A stretch of DNA of 11,692 nt, from NCBI GenBank assembly GCA_051294375.1, contig JBJCIZ010001153.1, positions 1 to 11,692 of the forward strand, given 5' to 3'. Made by a program: the position numbers and the translations under genes. The DNA is from Paraspadella gotoi (Eukaryota > Animalia > Chaetognatha). Below the pieces are notes generated by a model, which worked only from the letters and a program-made list of their open reading frames with translations, was not told the origin of the DNA and did no database searches. Below, piece after piece: positions 8,887-11,692 of this stretch; positions within the stretch are counted from its first letter, which is position 1; each line of letters opens with the position of its first letter.

Positions 8887-9085
8887 CCTGACGGGCTTTG
8901 GTGGTGACAGCTGGCGGACGAGAAGACATCGGTCTATGGCCTAGGCGTCGTCTGCTGAGCTTTCGCGCAGGAGTGCCGCTTGCGCTATTTCGTCTGCGGT
9001 ATTGCTGCCGGTGTCGACGGCCTGCGATCCGGCTCTGCGGCTGGCGGAACCCTGCGCGGATGTTTATTACTCTCATTTTGACGAC
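8887..9085 (+). pseudogene. MFS transporter, putative exon covering TM5-TM6; frameshifted
   Basis: Acceptor gctacgcag| at 8886, in a GC-rich block. Joining frames gives GLWW..LA..DIG-YGLGVV..FAQECRLRYFVCGIAAGV...LAEP-RG, compared with spinster-like IGxGLG...WRxxFxxxGIxG...EPxRG. Confidence 0.5.
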
Positions 9086-9133
9086 GTGAAATTTATTTTT
9101 GGAAATTTTCTTTCACACGTGCGGGTTTGGTGA

Positions 9134-9324
9134 TCTCTTTATTCCTCTTGCTCCCTTTCTTTCTTTCTTATCTTCTCCCATCCTTCTTCCTCTTAGCTTT
9201 TTTTCTTTCTTCTCTTTTCTTATCTTTCTTTCTTTCTTTTCTTTCTTTTTCTTTTTCTTACTTTCCCTTTCTTTCTTTACTTACTTTTTTTCTTCTTTTT
9301 GATTCTTTCAAATCTTTTTTTTCA
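9134..9324. repeat. T/C-rich low-complexity tract, (TTTC)n-like
   Basis: Direct reading. It accounts for the F/S/L-rich ORFs at 9099 and 9127. Confidence 0.85.
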
Positions 9325-10147
9325 TGTTTGACGGTCTAAATGAAGACAAACGTCGAATGCGTGTCGAAATTGGTTGTTGTTGTTGAGTACGTCGTCGTCT
9401 TGCATCCAATCGGTTCCACTTCCGCTCCTCAAGCGTGACGTTTTCCTGGTGAGAACCTTTCGAGCCAATCTTCTAAAAACCCTCTTTCAAAAACTTGTAC
9501 CCATTTCCCTTTCCTCTGGCCCACACTTACTTTTTAACCCCACCCTCCCTTACCCTCTATTCTCCGTCCCTAACCGACTCTCAAAAAAATCACAAAATGT
9601 TCCGTAATACGAAAGGGATATTTCGGCGTCAGTTCGTAACCGCGCCGGGTTGGACCGGCGTTGTTTGCAAGGCGCCATTCCACAAAGACATTACCTCGTC
9701 GATGGAACGGCGTTAAGGCGTCGTTTGGTCGCGACTTTGCTCTCTCTTATCTCTTCTCACAGAACATAAACAAATAAGTGTTTTCGTTTTGAGACGGACT
9801 CAGAGGCTTTTCTTAGAATCCTCAAAGCGAACAAGAAAAAACAAAGATACAAGTAAAAGTAAAAGCCAGGATTTTACCTAAAGACCGCATCCCTTGGAGG
9901 GACAATTCTCACAACCCGTGAAAGTTATTGCCAAGCCAAGGAGAAAAAAAAAATCCCGACACACGCTGGTTTCCGCGTCGATCGGCGTTCCGCGTCTCTC
10001 GTGGCCAGGCGAGCAAAGACGACATAAATCAAGCCCGTCACGTGACCACCCGTCAACAGAGGTCAATCAAAGTCCCGCGACGTCGTTGGTGGCTTCGACG
10101 CTCCGCTCATCTTTCAATCGTCGTTATGCTATTCGTGTATATGTTGA

Positions 10148-10395
10148 GCGTCGTGTCGTTGTTGTCGTCGTCGTTGTTCTTGTCATCGGTCGTTGTGTCG
10201 TCATATTGGGATCGTTTGCGTCCTTCTTTAATCTTAAGCATTTATGTTTTCTTCATCGTGCTTTTTTGTCGTCGTTGTTTTCGTCTTCCTCTTCGTCTTC
10301 GTCGGTGTCGTCGCTAATGTCGTCTTCTTTTTCGTCGTCGTCTGTCGTCGCTGTTGTCCAAGTTTCATCGTCGTCGTTGTCTGCGTCTGTCGTCC
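10148..10395. repeat. Degenerate (TCG/TTG)n low-complexity tract
   Basis: Direct reading. Confidence 0.75.
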
Positions 10396-10423
10396 ACCTC
10401 ATCATTCATTCCCGTCTTCTCAA

Positions 10424-10979
10424 CTTTTCCTTCTCCTTCTTTCTCCTTCTTCTCCTTCTTGCTCCTTCTCAACCTTCTCTTCCCTTCTCTCCTTCTTCTC
10501 CTTCTTAAGCTTCTTCCTCTTCTCTCCTTCTTCTCCTTCTCACTCTCCTTTCTTTACTTCATCCTCTTCTCCTTCTTCTCTTCTTCACTTCTCCTTCTTT
10601 CTCCTTCTTCTCCTCTTCTCCTTCTTCGTCCTTCTTTTTTCTCTTCTCTCCTTCTTCTCTTCTCCCTTCTTCTCTGTCTTCTCCTTCTCAAACTCTCCTT
10701 CTTCTTTCTTCTCCTTCTCTCCTTCTTCTCCTCTTTTTCCTCCTCTTCTCCTTCTTCTCCTTCTCCTCCTCTTTCCTCCTTCTTCTCCTTCTTCTCACTT
10801 CTCCTTCTTTCATCCTTCTTCTCCTTCTTCTCTTCTTCTCCCTTCTTCTCACTTCTCCTTCTTTTTCTCCTTCTTCTCCTTCTTCTCTTCTTCTCAACTT
10901 CTCTCCTTCTTCTCCTTCTCTCCTTCTTCTCCTTCTCTCCATCTCATCTTCTCCTTCTCTCCTTCTCAACTCCTCCTTC
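10424..10979. repeat. ~555 bp polypyrimidine tract built from (TTC)n and TTCTCCTTC units
   Basis: Almost no purines on the + strand, with recurring ttctccttc. It accounts for ORFs 10244..11056, 10354..11124 and 10688..10969. Confidence 0.92.
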
Positions 10980-11527
10980 GCAAAGACTTCATTTCGTTTG
11001 CGTCGACCTTTCGGTTAAAACATTGGCACAAAAATGTATATTTACTATTAAATTAAATACGGTATTAACGTTTTCAACAGAAATAAAATCCGAGACGTGG
11101 CGCATGCTCTTTCCACAAGGGTAAAAGTGAGGACTAACGACTTATGAAAATTACATGGTCCGCGTTTAAATCCGAAGGCATTTGCCCGCTGCATGCATTA
11201 GGCCGCCAGTATCTACGCCGCAGTATGCGAGCCGCGTATCGACGACGCAGCGTCAATCCGCAACAGCGCAAAACGGGTTAATTCAACTGACTCATCGCGG
11301 TTTAATCGTTGAATCGTGACGAAGAACGAAAATGTAAAACGATTAGCGACGATGACGGCGACGATGACGACGATGCCTGGTGGAAGAGGAAAGATAAGGG
11401 TAATATACTGTAAATGCGCGAGATTATGTCAATATTCGTGGTACAGTATGTTGATTCATCCCTTTACCCGACGATCTCCCTCGCGTTTCAAAATCCGTGG
11501 GCGTGATCGGCGACCGGGAAATCCTGC

Positions 11528-11547
11528 CGGCACCGGATCCGGTGCCG
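11528..11547. repeat. Perfect 20-bp palindrome CGGCACCGGATCCGGTGCCG
   Basis: The sequence equals its own reverse complement, checked base by base. Confidence 0.9.
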
Positions 11548-11692
11548 AGGGACTTTTTGCCAGTCCATGAGGCCAACGCTGTCCCTCGCGTAACGATAAC
11601 ACCATTATTGGAAAAGGTTGGGATTGTGTAACGTAATAATGACAACGATCACAATTTTACGGTTATCATCAGTTTTCATGACGCAAATAAAA

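Noticed and set aside
8887-8980. Selenocysteine version of the Cys module (WW-TGA...VC-TGA-AFAQEC)
   Set aside because: The TGAs fall near Cys-like positions, but the W-D-x core is missing, no SECIS was recognised, and the block fits better as frameshifted MFS TM5-6 collinear with the upstream MFS blocks.
9894-11124. Long ORFs of 204, 270 and 256 aa
   Set aside because: They are open only because TC/TCG low-complexity sequence lacks stop codons, and the products are S/F/L/P runs.

Overview
Eukaryotic, probably invertebrate, genomic DNA. It is CpG-rich, has GT-AG introns and many GA, TC and TCG simple repeats, and appears to carry many indels from decay and/or unpolished long-read error. Three things stand out. 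(1) At ~1-935 on the minus strand is a frameshifted, CpG-poor endogenous viral element matching the N-terminal part of a Mononegavirales L polymerase, with Borna/Nyami-like motifs. Directly upstream is an unexplained, degraded ~0.8 kb ORF that grades into host-like composition. (2) Three cleanly spliceable + strand exons (3319-3573, 4114-4235, 4307-4556) encode a protein with three copies of a Cys/Trp module, [WY]-C-[YW]-x5-7-W-D-x-C-C-x5-C. (3) A frameshifted multi-exon MFS (spinster-like) transporter lies on the + strand from ~7357 to ~9085 and is invisible in the ORF track. The rest is minisatellite, microsatellite and polypyrimidine sequence. Protein family calls come from manual translation and recalled motifs, not from database searches.
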